Below, in pieces: positions 1-8,480 of a stretch of DNA of 64,000 nt. Origin of the DNA: an uncultured Actinomycetota bacterium (lineage in GTDB: Bacteria; Actinomycetota; Acidimicrobiia; Acidimicrobiales; Bog-793); contig CAVTJR010000003.1 of the NCBI GenBank assembly GCA_963735115.1, positions 1,032,641 through 1,096,640 of the forward strand, in the 5' to 3' direction. The position numbers and the translations under genes are program-made. Each line of letters starts with the position of its first letter. Position 1 is the stretch's first letter. The notes beneath the pieces were generated by a model. The model was not told the DNA's origin and ran no database searches. It saw only the letters and a program-made list of their open reading frames with translations.

Positions 1-350
1 TCATCGAAGTTCTTGTCCCCTTCACGGGAACCTGGCACCCGGACGCCGTCGCCTGGGGGGTGGCCGGGCTCTACTTGCTGCTGGCCCTGCAAGTGACCTC
101 GATCTTCCGGGCGCGCCTGCCGAAGAAGATCTGGCGCTCGACCCACTACCTGAGCTTTCCCCTCTTCGCCGTGGCGACGGTGCACGGCCTCACGGCCGGG
201 ACCGACCGTCACACCTTTGCCATGCAGGCCGGCTTCATCGGTGTTGCCGCCCTCATCACCCTCCTCACCGCCTTTCGGGTAGTGGTCTCGAACCGCCGCA
301 TCCCCGTTGCGACGCACGCCCCCCGCGCCCTCGAAAGGAATGCAGCATGA
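1..350 (+). CDS. Ferric-reductase-like heme-b transmembrane protein, C-terminal part (5' end outside window)
   Basis: Frame 3 is open from the window edge (IEVLVPFTGTWHPDAVAWGVAGLYLLL...). Hydrophobic helices carry His residues (STHYLSFPLFAVATVHGLTAG). The stop overlaps the next start in ATGA at 347-350. Confidence 0.5.
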   Translation, partial: IEVLVPFTGTWHPDAVAWGVAGLYLLLALQVTSIFRARLPKKIWRSTHYLSFPLFAVATVHGLTAGTDRHTFAMQAGFIGVAALITLLTAFRVVVSNRRIPVATHAPRALERNAA

Positions 351-1732
351 GCCGGCTTGTCCTGCCCGCCCCGGTCACCGTCCGTATGGAGGGCACCCGC
401 ACGGGCCAGCCGCCGGCCGACGGAACTCCGGCGTCCGAGAGCGAGCCGGCGGTGAGCGTCGAACCCGGGCCCGGCCGCCTGTTCGCCGACCTGCCCGTAG
501 CGGGGGAGTGGCGCAGCCTCGCCCGTCACCGCGCCACCTATCGGATGCCGCCTCCGGCGAGTTCGCGCCCCAACGGCCGACTCATCGAGCTGGTCGGGCG
601 CGCCGGCCTCCAAGGACGAGGCGGCGCCGGCTTCCCGACGGCGCGCAAACTCGCAGCCGTGGCGGGCGGCTCCGACCGCCGCGTTGTCATCGCCAATGCC
701 ACCGAGGGTGAGCCGGCCAGCGGGAAGGACCGGCTGCTGGTCACCCGCCTGCCCCATCTGGTCCTTGACGGCGCACTGCTCGCCGCCCACGCCGTCGGCG
801 CAGGGGAGATCGTGGTCTGCGTCGATCGCACCTCCGGTGAAGCCGCTCGGGCTCTACGTCGCGCCTTGGCGGAGCGAAGGGAGCAAGAGCCGCCGTCCTG
901 TGACGTCCGGATCGCCCTCACGCCTCCCCGCTACGTCGCTGGGGAGGAAACCGCCCTCGTCCACTGGCTGAACGGTGGACCCGCCAAGCCGACACTCACA
1001 CCGCCGAGGCCCTTCGAGCGTGGCGTCGATCGGCGGCCGACGCTTGTGCAGAACGTGGAGACACTCGCCCACTTGAGCCAGATCGCCACGTTCGGCCACG
1101 ACTGGTTTCGTCAGGCAGGCACGGCCGAGGAGCCGGGCACTGCCCTGTTCACCGTGAGCGGTGTGGCAAGGCCGATCGTGCTCGAGGCCGAGATGGGGGC
1201 CAGGGGAGGCGACGTGCTGGCGGCCGCCGCGGCGCCCGCCGGAGAAAGGCTGCAGGCAATTGTCGTCGGCGGTTACTTCGGCACCTGGATGTCCGCCAAG
1301 GACCTCGAGGGCACGCCGCTCTCGCGCAGTGCCCTCGCACCCTTCGGAGCGAGCCCAGGAGCGGGCATCCTCGTGACCTTGCCCGAGTCGGCCTGCGGCC
1401 TCCTCGAGACGGCGCGCATCCTTCGCTGGTACGCGGGGGAGAGCGCCGGCCAGTGCGGACCATGCACCTTCGGCCTGCCCGCTCTCGCCAAAACGACCTC
1501 CTCCCTCGCCGCCGGGCGCGCACACTCTGAGGACGTCGGGCGGCTCCACCGTTGGGCAGGCGAGATCGAGGGCCGCGGTGCCTGCCGTCATCCCGACGGG
1601 GCCGTTCGGCTGTTGCGTTCGGCTCTCTCGGTGTTCGCGAGCGACGTGGAAGCGCACCTCCGCGGCCGTCCCTGCGAGGGGTCACGTCGCCCGGCACTGC
1701 AGGTGCCCGCATCGTCCGAGGAGTGGAGATGA
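347..1732 (+). CDS. NuoF/Nqo1-family NADH-binding FMN iron-sulfur flavoprotein (stand-alone, not in a nuo operon)
   Basis: 461-aa ORF. GRGGAGFPTARK matches the NuoF FMN/NADH site. The C-terminal iron-sulfur region is ESAGQCGPCTFG ... GRGACRHPDG. Confidence 0.8.
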   Translation: MSRLVLPAPVTVRMEGTRTGQPPADGTPASESEPAVSVEPGPGRLFADLPVAGEWRSLARHRATYRMPPPASSRPNGRLIELVGRAGLQGRGGAGFPTARKLAAVAGGSDRRVVIANATEGEPASGKDRLLVTRLPHLVLDGALLAAHAVGAGEIVVCVDRTSGEAARALRRALAERREQEPPSCDVRIALTPPRYVAGEETALVHWLNGGPAKPTLTPPRPFERGVDRRPTLVQNVETLAHLSQIATFGHDWFRQAGTAEEPGTALFTVSGVARPIVLEAEMGARGGDVLAAAAAPAGERLQAIVVGGYFGTWMSAKDLEGTPLSRSALAPFGASPGAGILVTLPESACGLLETARILRWYAGESAGQCGPCTFGLPALAKTTSSLAAGRAHSEDVGRLHRWAGEIEGRGACRHPDGAVRLLRSALSVFASDVEAHLRGRPCEGSRRPALQVPASSEEWR

Positions 1733-1983
1733 GGCGGCGCCGACAGCCGCTCGTCCTGACCGTGGATGCCATCTCCTGTGACGGTCACGGTGTCTGTGCC
1801 GAGCTGCTCCCGGAGTGGATCCGGCTCGACGACTGGGGTTACCCGATCCTCAAGGCGGGAGCGGTCCCGCCCGAGCTGTTGGATCGGGCGCGCTGGGCCG
1901 TTTCGAACTGCCCGGAGCTGGCGCTCTCGCTGCGGCCGGCGCCTCTCGGCGTGGTCGCAGCCGCCCGGACTGAGCGCACCTAG
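1729..1983 (+). CDS. Small ferredoxin (CxxHxxC...CP type)
   Basis: The ATG at 1729 overlaps the upstream stop (ATGA). 84 aa. CDGHGVC ... NCP is the cluster motif of small actinobacterial 3Fe-4S/4Fe-4S ferredoxins. The longer 1552 start lies inside the NuoF-like gene. Confidence 0.7.
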   Translation: MRRRRQPLVLTVDAISCDGHGVCAELLPEWIRLDDWGYPILKAGAVPPELLDRARWAVSNCPELALSLRPAPLGVVAAARTERT

Positions 1984-2189
1984 AACGTGCAGCTCGAGCG
2001 GTGCTCTTCCCGCTTGACAGGCCTTCGCCGTGCTCGTCCCGCTGTGCGCCCTTACCCTGGCGTGGGCGACCCACGTCTACCGCCAGGCCGTTGTCTGACA
2101 GCTCCTTGCCGGTCAGCCACGGTCTGGCGCGAGGCATTTACCGACCGGCGACCGCAGGTCGTCGAGTGCCAGTAGGGTGAGTGCCTTCG

Positions 2190-2264
2190 CGGGCTGTGGC
2201 GCAGCTTGGTTAGCGCGCTTGACTGGGGGTCAAGAGGTCCCGGGTTCAAATCCCGGCAGCCCGA
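2190..2264 (+). tRNA. tRNA-Pro (anticodon GGG at 2225-2227)
   Basis: Hand-folded cloverleaf: acceptor CGGGCTG/CAGCCCG, D stem GCGC/GCGC, anticodon stem CTTGA/TCAAG with loop CTGGGGG, T arm CCGGG-TTCAAAT-CCCGG, discriminator A. No encoded CCA. Confidence 0.9.
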
Positions 2265-2265
2265 C
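2220..2265 (+). repeat. att core copy 1 (tRNA-Pro 3' half, attL of island 1)
   Basis: TGACTGGGGGTCAAGAGGTCCCGGGTTCAAATCCCGGCAGCCCGAC is repeated exactly at 16374-16419. 44 of its nt are repeated at 26029-26072. Confidence 0.85.
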
Positions 2266-2289
2266 AAGAAAGTCCCTGGTAGATGGGTG

Positions 2290-2322
2290 AAACGGACCAC
2301 CGAAGAGGTGGTCCGTTTTTCT
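2290..2322 (+). terminator. Rho-independent terminator downstream of tRNA-Pro
   Basis: AAACGGACCACC-gaaga-GGTGGTCCGTTT is a perfect 12-bp stem. It is followed by a T-rich tract (TTCTTCT). Confidence 0.7.
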
Positions 2323-2326
2323 TCTC

Positions 2327-2345
2327 CCCTACACTCAGCCCTACA
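2327..2345 (+). repeat. Tandem CCCTACA motifs (candidate integrase arm-type sites, left arm of island 1)
   Basis: CCCTACA occurs at 2327-2333 and 2339-2345. The same pair recurs in the same orientation at 16253-16259 and 16264-16270, just inside the other island end. Confidence 0.45.
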
Positions 2346-2432
2346 AATCTCCGATATTCTTGCTTCAGCAGTCCTGCGCAGGGGACTCGGTTATCGGTGA
2401 CGTTGTTCCGAGGCAGAGAGGGAAAGCCACTG

Positions 2433-3860
2433 ATGAAGGTAGGTACGCTCGACGAGGGATCGGTCGCCCCGTCAGATCGGCCGGCGACCGGCACCGCCAT
2501 CGTCGAGAAAGAGCGCACAGCGCGTGTCGCCGCCGATGGCAAGCCGCTTCGCTCGGAGCGCGGCATCCGCGAGGTCGAACGCAACGTCTTTCGCGTTCGT
2601 GTGAGCACGGGGAGCCGGGATCCGCTCACGGGCAGCCCGAAGCAGGTCGAACGGGTCATCCGCGGTGGAATCCGGGCGGCCCGCGACCTTCACGGCAAAC
2701 TCGAGAGCGAGGTCGCCAAGGGCGTCCACGGCGGATCCACCATGACCGTCGGTGAGCTGCTCGATGACTGGCTGGGTGTGTGCAAGCGGCGAGTCGACAA
2801 GGCAGGAAGAGCGGGACTCGAGAAAAACACCTACAACAACTACGAGTTGCAGGTGCGGACACTGAAGGCCACCCAGCTCGCGTCGATGCCGCTCACTCGC
2901 CTCACAACCCGACGGCCAGTCGAGGAGACCTACGAAGCCCTCGGTCAGGTCTTGGGCGCTGCCCGGATGGCTCAGGTGCACAAGGCACTGCGGGCGGCCT
3001 TCAATCACGCCATGGGCGAAGGATGGATGACGCTCAATCCGGCGGCGCTCGTGCGGGAGAAGCCGAGCCCGCCGGCACGTCGTCGCGCCACGCCGACACG
3101 CCAGCAGGTGGAAGCGGCATTCGTGGCAGCACAGGACCTGCACGTCGACCTCGAGGCATTCCTCGCCACGGCGGCGCTCACGGGGCTGCGTCGCCAGGCG
3201 CTGTGTGGACTGCGCTGGTCGGACATCGACTTCGAGGCCGGCCTTGTCTCCATCCGGCGCGTCATCAACGTGGTCGGCGGCAAGCCAGTACTGGTCGACT
3301 ACGCAAAGCACCGACGCGCCAAGCCGGCACCGCCGCCCAAACATCTCGACCAGACGCTCGTGCCAGTGCTGAAAGAGCTCCGTGAGCGGCAACGTCTGCG
3401 GGCGGCGGACAGTGGGACGACGTATCCCGCGGACGGATGGCTCTTTTCTCCCGACGGGATGGGACTCGATCACGTCAGCCCTGATCACTTCGGGCGGCTC
3501 GTGAAGCAGGTGATGAGGAGCCTCGATCTCGACGCCACGCTGCACTCGCTGCGCCATCACCGCGGAAGCAAGCTCGTCAGCGAGGGAGTTGATCCGGCCA
3601 TCGCAGCGCGTGAGCTCGATCACGGCTCGTTGAGCTACTTCCTCGATACCTACGTTCATCCCGTACGCTCGGACGTCGATCCGAAGCTGAAGAGGGTCGG
3701 GAAGTCCTACGCCATAGGTGGCAAGGCGGAGGCGGTACCTCGGAACCTGTCCGATCCGCACAGCAAAGACGCGGATGCCCGGCGAGCGAGCCGCCCTAGC
3801 GACTCGAAAGCCAACGCTGGAACGGCTCGCGTGAGACGCGCCACGTCCGTCCAATCCTGA
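2433..3860 (+). CDS. int: Tyrosine recombinase / phage-type integrase (island 1)
   Basis: The ATG at 2433 is preceded by AGAGAGGGAAAG. The C-terminal catalytic region has LHSLRHHRGS ... YVH. It lies immediately after tRNA/attL. The ORF-track start at 2283 would run through the tRNA terminator. Confidence 0.85.
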   Translation: MKVGTLDEGSVAPSDRPATGTAIVEKERTARVAADGKPLRSERGIREVERNVFRVRVSTGSRDPLTGSPKQVERVIRGGIRAARDLHGKLESEVAKGVHGGSTMTVGELLDDWLGVCKRRVDKAGRAGLEKNTYNNYELQVRTLKATQLASMPLTRLTTRRPVEETYEALGQVLGAARMAQVHKALRAAFNHAMGEGWMTLNPAALVREKPSPPARRRATPTRQQVEAAFVAAQDLHVDLEAFLATAALTGLRRQALCGLRWSDIDFEAGLVSIRRVINVVGGKPVLVDYAKHRRAKPAPPPKHLDQTLVPVLKELRERQRLRAADSGTTYPADGWLFSPDGMGLDHVSPDHFGRLVKQVMRSLDLDATLHSLRHHRGSKLVSEGVDPAIAARELDHGSLSYFLDTYVHPVRSDVDPKLKRVGKSYAIGGKAEAVPRNLSDPHSKDADARRASRPSDSKANAGTARVRRATSVQS

Positions 3861-4086
3861 ACGCGCCAGGCAGCTCACCGGCCTTGGCTCGACGGTAGAC
3901 GGTCTCCGCACAGACGCCGAGCTCCCATGCGACATCGGAGATGGAGAGCGTCGCTCGAAGGCTGTGCTCGCCGGGATCGTCTGGCCGAATAGGCCGTGGC
4001 GGCCCCCCACGGTGTTCCACGAGCGTGATGAAGCGACGGCGGTTCGCTTCGGCCTTCACGGCTGAGCTTCGTGACGCCGCGTGCAC
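3796..4086 (-). CDS. Excisionase / MerR-like helix-turn-helix DNA-binding protein
   Basis: LSISDVAWELGVCAETVYRRAKAGELPGAFRIGRTWRVSREPFQRWL is typical of Xis/AlpA-type HTH proteins. It lies downstream of the relaxase on the same strand. The true start may be internal. Its 3' end overlaps the int 3' end. Confidence 0.6.
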   Translation of the reverse strand: MHAASRSSAVKAEANRRRFITLVEHRGGPPRPIRPDDPGEHSLRATLSISDVAWELGVCAETVYRRAKAGELPGAFRIGRTWRVSREPFQRWLSSR

Positions 4087-4191
4087 GTGTGGCGACGACG
4101 CGAAGGATCGGCGGCCGGGTCGAGCGCGTCGCGAGACGAAGGTGTGAGGTGCTTGTCGTCACCGTCATCACTGCGCTCTGTGCGGGATGGC

Positions 4192-7100
4192 TCAAATTCC
4201 CACTCCCTTTTCCATGTTGGGGCGTGCGTCTACGGCGGCTCCGACTGCCTGCGACTGGGAACGGAGTCCGCGATTGAGAGCGACTGCCTGTCGCAAGGCG
4301 TTCCATGCCAATTCGCGCTGACCGGCTTGCTCCGCGCTCACAATGGCCTTTTCGGGTCCGAGAGGTCGGTGGTCGTCGCCGATGCTCCAGCGCTCCCGGT
4401 AGGCGGCGACGGTGCAGATGGCTCGGAGCCACTGCGTATGAGCGGCGGAGTTGGCGGGTGGCTCGCCGAGCTGGCGCAACCAGGAGGCGCGGCTGGTGAC
4501 GGCCTCTTGGGCGAGAGTCCAGGCTCGGCCCTGCAGAGCATGGTCGCGTTCTTCGAGGGCTCGTGCGAGGTCGGGATCGACGACGTTGAGGGCTCGGGGG
4601 ACGAGTCCGGCGATCAGGTTGGTGCTGCCCACTCGGCGGCTGCGGGCTACTTGTGTGAATCGTTCGACGCGTTGGTGGAGCACGGAAGCGACGTCGTCGA
4701 CCTCAGCGATTGGGCGGGCTTTGACGAGGTGGGGGAGTGCGGCGCCGATATCGACCCCGCGAGCCTCTGCTCGCCTGAACGCGGCGACGAGCGGCCCCTG
4801 TGCGTCACTCGAGCGGACGTCTTCCAGCTGTTGGACGGTGAGCCCGGACTGGGCGAGGAGGGCACTCCAGCGATCCCTTTGGGCGACTTGGGCAAGCGTT
4901 TCGTACTCGGCATGCAGGCTGGCCCAGCTCTCGACCTCGTGCTGTGCCCGGCGGAGAGTCTCGTGGGCTGACGTCTCGGCGCCGATATTGGCGACCACAG
5001 CGCCAAGCACGTCTCGGGCCGTTCGAGGATCGCCGACGCGGTCGTGGCCGGTCTGGGGGTCGGGGTCGTAGGCGGTGTCGAGGTAGAGGAAATTCGCCTC
5101 ACGGCCACGCGTAACGGCAACATAAAGGGCCTCTCGGGTGGTACTCGGCGAGACGAGCGCGTGGGCAATCCCGACGGTCCGGCCTTGGGAGCGATGAGCA
5201 GTTGTCGCATACGCAAGCTCGACATGTTGGGCGACGTAGTCAGCCGGCAGAACGATGACGCCGTGCCCGCCGGCGCGTCGGACTGTCATGGTCCCGTCGT
5301 GATCGGTGGCGGTGACAACCCAGCGATCGCCGTTTTTCACCCAGCCGGTTCCGGTGGCGAGGTGGCGGTCGTTGCGGCGCGTGACGATGTGGTCGCCGAC
5401 TCCGACCATCTGCCCGGCGGCGATGTTCACGCCGTGCTCGGCGACTTCTCCTGCGGCGATGCGGTCGGCTCGGGCGCGACGGTTCAGCTCGCTCACGGTC
5501 GCTGTGTCGGGGGCGATCATGAGGCTCGAGGTGCCTGCGTCGATGTCGTGCTTCCATGCGGTGTAGATGGTCTCAAGAAGGTCTTCGCGAGTGCCGCCGG
5601 CGATCCTGCCGTGGGACTCGTAGGTGTCGAGAGCGCTCTCGTTGCCCCGTCGGAGCTCGATGCTGGCGGTGCGTTCCCATTCCGAGCTGAACCGGTGGAC
5701 CTCTGCAAGCTCGGCCACCGAGGTGTTCTCGTCGCGGGCGAGGAGCCCGAACGCACCGCCGGCGTCGACGGAGCCTTGTTGGGCCCAGTCGCCCGAGAGG
5801 AGGATCTTTGCCCCGACGTCGGCCGCCGCCCTGACCAGCTCGTCGAGGGCGAAGGTCCCCGCAAGGCCGGCCTCGTCGATGATGAGCAACTGGCCGGCTC
5901 GGAGCGGCCAGCGGGCGATCTCGGCGCCCGACGACTGCAGGCGTTCTCGCAGCCGCTGTGCGTTTGCAGAACGAGGGTGAGCCGCCAGGACAGCTGCGAT
6001 CCGCCGGCCTTCCTCGAGCCGGTCGGAAAGCTTTCGGTGCTCGGTGAGCCATTTGGCGGTGTTGTCGGTGCCGACGCCGAGCTCGCCGGCGAGGACCTCG
6101 GCAGCGGCTGCTGACGGTGCCAAACCGATCACCGAGCCTGGCCCGTGCTCGGCTTCCCAGACGGCTCGGAGGCCGGCAAGGGCGGTGGACTTGCCGGTCC
6201 CGGCGGGCCCGACCAACACGTCGATCCATCGCTCCGAGGTGGCGATCTTCTCCACCGCGACGGCCTGGTCGACCGACAGGCGGTGGTTCCTGCCGGGCAG
6301 GTTGTCCTCGGTGACCCTTGCGACGGTGGCTGAAGCGACTGTCGGTGCACCGCTTCGTTGTGCGCTTTCGAGGAGGCGGCCCTCGGCATCGAGCAAGGTC
6401 TCGGTCGTGTAGATGCGACGGCTACGGGGCGCCAGTCGCGACGATCCGTCGGGTCGGAGATAGCGTTCCGGTGTGTGGTGCAGCGCCGTCGGGGTGAGGG
6501 TCAGCGAGGCGTCTACGGCGAGGTCGGTGATCTGTTCCGCCACCATGACGCGCTCGTCGGGGCCGGCGAAGCGGACACCGTGGAGGAGACGATGCGCCTC
6601 GTCGAGGAGGTTGTCACGCCGGTAGGTGGCGCACCGCTCGGCCACCGCGGCGACGACGGCGCGGGCGGCGTCTTCGAGCATCGGCTCCGCCAGGTCGCCT
6701 GAGGTGAGCAGGGGGAGATCGCTGCGGTCCCGGAGCGACGCCACCCACGCTCTCTCGGCGTAGCCGGCATCGATATCGCCGGCGCGTCGGCGCCAGTGTT
6801 CGGTCATCTCAGAGAGGCTGCGATGTGACTTGGCGGGTCGGGTGGCGATGGTCGCCTGCTGGCGGAGGCGCACGATCTCAACCCCTGTCGGCTGGCGGCC
6901 GTGGTCGGCGACGAAGGCCTCGATCAGGTCGTCTTTGGAGCGCTCGATCTGCTCGACGCGCTGCGAGAACTCGGCCATCAGGGTCTCGGGGACACCGGTG
7001 ATCTCCCAATGGGTACGTTCCGAATGACGGCGGGCGCGGGCGTCCCATCCCACTCCCAACCGCTTCGTGAGGAGGTCTGAGAGGACTCCCTGGTGCATGG

Positions 7101-7752
7101 AGGAGAGAGAGGAGCGGGCCTGGAAGATCGCCCTGCTGTCGAGGGTCCTCCAGCGCCCGTCGGAGATCGAGCGAGCCCTGTTCCAGATGATGACGTGATC
7201 GTGCAGCTGAGGGTCGCCCGCCCGCGAGTCGAAATGCGTGAACGCCGCCGCGATCACCCCGTCGATGTCCTCGGTGACGATACCGTTCGTGCCCGAGCGG
7301 GAGTGGAACACCTCACGCTCTGCGTAGGAGAGTACGTAGTCGACGGCCTTGCGGTGGCAGTCGAAGATCGCCTGCCGGGTCTCATCATCGGCCAGCGCCC
7401 AGGCCACAGATACCGACTTGCTCGGGCTGAAGGTGAGATCAAAACCGGCCACCGGGGCCAGCTTCGAGCCCAGGTTCGGGCATCGGCCGAGCGGCTCGCG
7501 TGTGATGGGGTCACAGCACAGACCGAGCATGTTGAACAGATGCTCCTCAGTCACGACCGACCCTTTCTCCACCCGTCTGCCCCCGGCCAGAGCGCCGAGA
7601 CCCGAGCCGAGGAACACCCCCGGAGGAGTCCCCGACGCCGCGTAGTAGGCGGCCAGGGACTCGGGGCGTTTGGGCGCGCCGTCACCGACGGCTACCGACT
7701 CCATCAGGTAGCGGAAGCCACCCCCGAGACTGATTCGTCGCATCGAGATCAC
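4192..7752 (-). CDS. MobF/TrwC-family conjugative relaxase fused to RecD-like helicase
   Basis: 1186 aa. The N-terminal relaxase His triad is HFDSRAGDPQLHDHVIIWN. The central Walker A is GPAGTGKST, followed by a UvrD/RecD-like C-terminus. The RBS GGAGGAGGA lies upstream. Confidence 0.9.
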   Translation of the reverse strand: MISMRRISLGGGFRYLMESVAVGDGAPKRPESLAAYYAASGTPPGVFLGSGLGALAGGRRVEKGSVVTEEHLFNMLGLCCDPITREPLGRCPNLGSKLAPVAGFDLTFSPSKSVSVAWALADDETRQAIFDCHRKAVDYVLSYAEREVFHSRSGTNGIVTEDIDGVIAAAFTHFDSRAGDPQLHDHVIIWNRARSISDGRWRTLDSRAIFQARSSLSSMHQGVLSDLLTKRLGVGWDARARRHSERTHWEITGVPETLMAEFSQRVEQIERSKDDLIEAFVADHGRQPTGVEIVRLRQQATIATRPAKSHRSLSEMTEHWRRRAGDIDAGYAERAWVASLRDRSDLPLLTSGDLAEPMLEDAARAVVAAVAERCATYRRDNLLDEAHRLLHGVRFAGPDERVMVAEQITDLAVDASLTLTPTALHHTPERYLRPDGSSRLAPRSRRIYTTETLLDAEGRLLESAQRSGAPTVASATVARVTEDNLPGRNHRLSVDQAVAVEKIATSERWIDVLVGPAGTGKSTALAGLRAVWEAEHGPGSVIGLAPSAAAAEVLAGELGVGTDNTAKWLTEHRKLSDRLEEGRRIAAVLAAHPRSANAQRLRERLQSSGAEIARWPLRAGQLLIIDEAGLAGTFALDELVRAAADVGAKILLSGDWAQQGSVDAGGAFGLLARDENTSVAELAEVHRFSSEWERTASIELRRGNESALDTYESHGRIAGGTREDLLETIYTAWKHDIDAGTSSLMIAPDTATVSELNRRARADRIAAGEVAEHGVNIAAGQMVGVGDHIVTRRNDRHLATGTGWVKNGDRWVVTATDHDGTMTVRRAGGHGVIVLPADYVAQHVELAYATTAHRSQGRTVGIAHALVSPSTTREALYVAVTRGREANFLYLDTAYDPDPQTGHDRVGDPRTARDVLGAVVANIGAETSAHETLRRAQHEVESWASLHAEYETLAQVAQRDRWSALLAQSGLTVQQLEDVRSSDAQGPLVAAFRRAEARGVDIGAALPHLVKARPIAEVDDVASVLHQRVERFTQVARSRRVGSTNLIAGLVPRALNVVDPDLARALEERDHALQGRAWTLAQEAVTSRASWLRQLGEPPANSAAHTQWLRAICTVAAYRERWSIGDDHRPLGPEKAIVSAEQAGQRELAWNALRQAVALNRGLRSQSQAVGAAVDARPNMEKGVGI

Positions 7753-7788
7753 CGGCCCGTTCCTCCTCCTCTACCTACTGGCGCTCTG

Positions 7789-7820
7789 GCGCTCCACGTT
7801 TGGACGACTACGTGGAGCGC
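7789..7820. promoter_or_regulatory. Perfect 11-bp inverted repeat upstream of the relaxase (candidate oriT hairpin or operator)
   Basis: GCGCTCCACGT (7789-7799) and ACGTGGAGCGC (7810-7820) are separated by a 10-nt loop. The repeat sits 37 bp upstream of the relaxase start. No U-tract follows on either strand. Confidence 0.4.
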
Positions 7821-8480
7821 AACGGCCGAGCGCTCGCAGGACGTCAGCTCAGCGCTCAATCCGAACGGCCTGTCGCCTCCGGGCGGCGGCTGTCCGCGGC
7901 GACCACGGGGTTGACGTCGCGACCGACTCCACCGACCTCCTGGCAGGCGTGGTCGTCTCGATGCGTTGCTCGCTCGTCGTTCATCTGCCGCTGGCTGCTG
8001 CCCTGTCATCAGGTCATCGCTCCTCTGTGGAGCGCGGCCGCGCGACCGCCCCTATAAGGGAGGCAACGGCGGATACACACAAACTGCGAGCTCCCCAAAA
8101 GTGAGCTGCTCAGCTCAGCTTTCGAAGACGACCGTCGGGTTCGGCCGATCCTTCCGGTGAGGAGACAGAGCCGTCAGACAGCCCGTCGGCAGGCCAGGTC
8201 AACGGGAACAATTACCGCCGGAGAGGTGCTGAGCGACGCTGTCCGCGTGGCCCAGCGCTGTCGCCTTTTCGTCGAAAGGCGACCCTTAATTCCTCGAATG
8301 CCCATCGTGTGATGCTGGTGAAGCCTCGGGAATGGCGTAATCGGCGGGAAGAACAGTGCTCGGTGGCATGGGTCGGCGTGGGTAGGTTCGGCGACGGCGG
8401 CGTCGATGGTGGTGCGAGTACTGAGGTTTCGGGAGTTGCATACGGCGGATCGGGCTGTGCTGGGGGGCCTAGTGCCCTCG

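Noticed and set aside
2283-2432. Upstream extension of integrase 1 to the ORF-track start at 2283
   Set aside because: It would begin 19 nt after the tRNA and read through the tRNA terminator hairpin. The ATG at 2433 has a good RBS.
7749-8009. 86-aa Arg/Gly/Pro-rich ORF overlapping the relaxase start (possible relaxosome accessory protein)
   Set aside because: The composition looks like GC-rich noise and shows no RHH/MobC-like pattern. An alternative 42-aa ORF (MNDERATHRDDHACQEVGG...) in the same region is too short to support.
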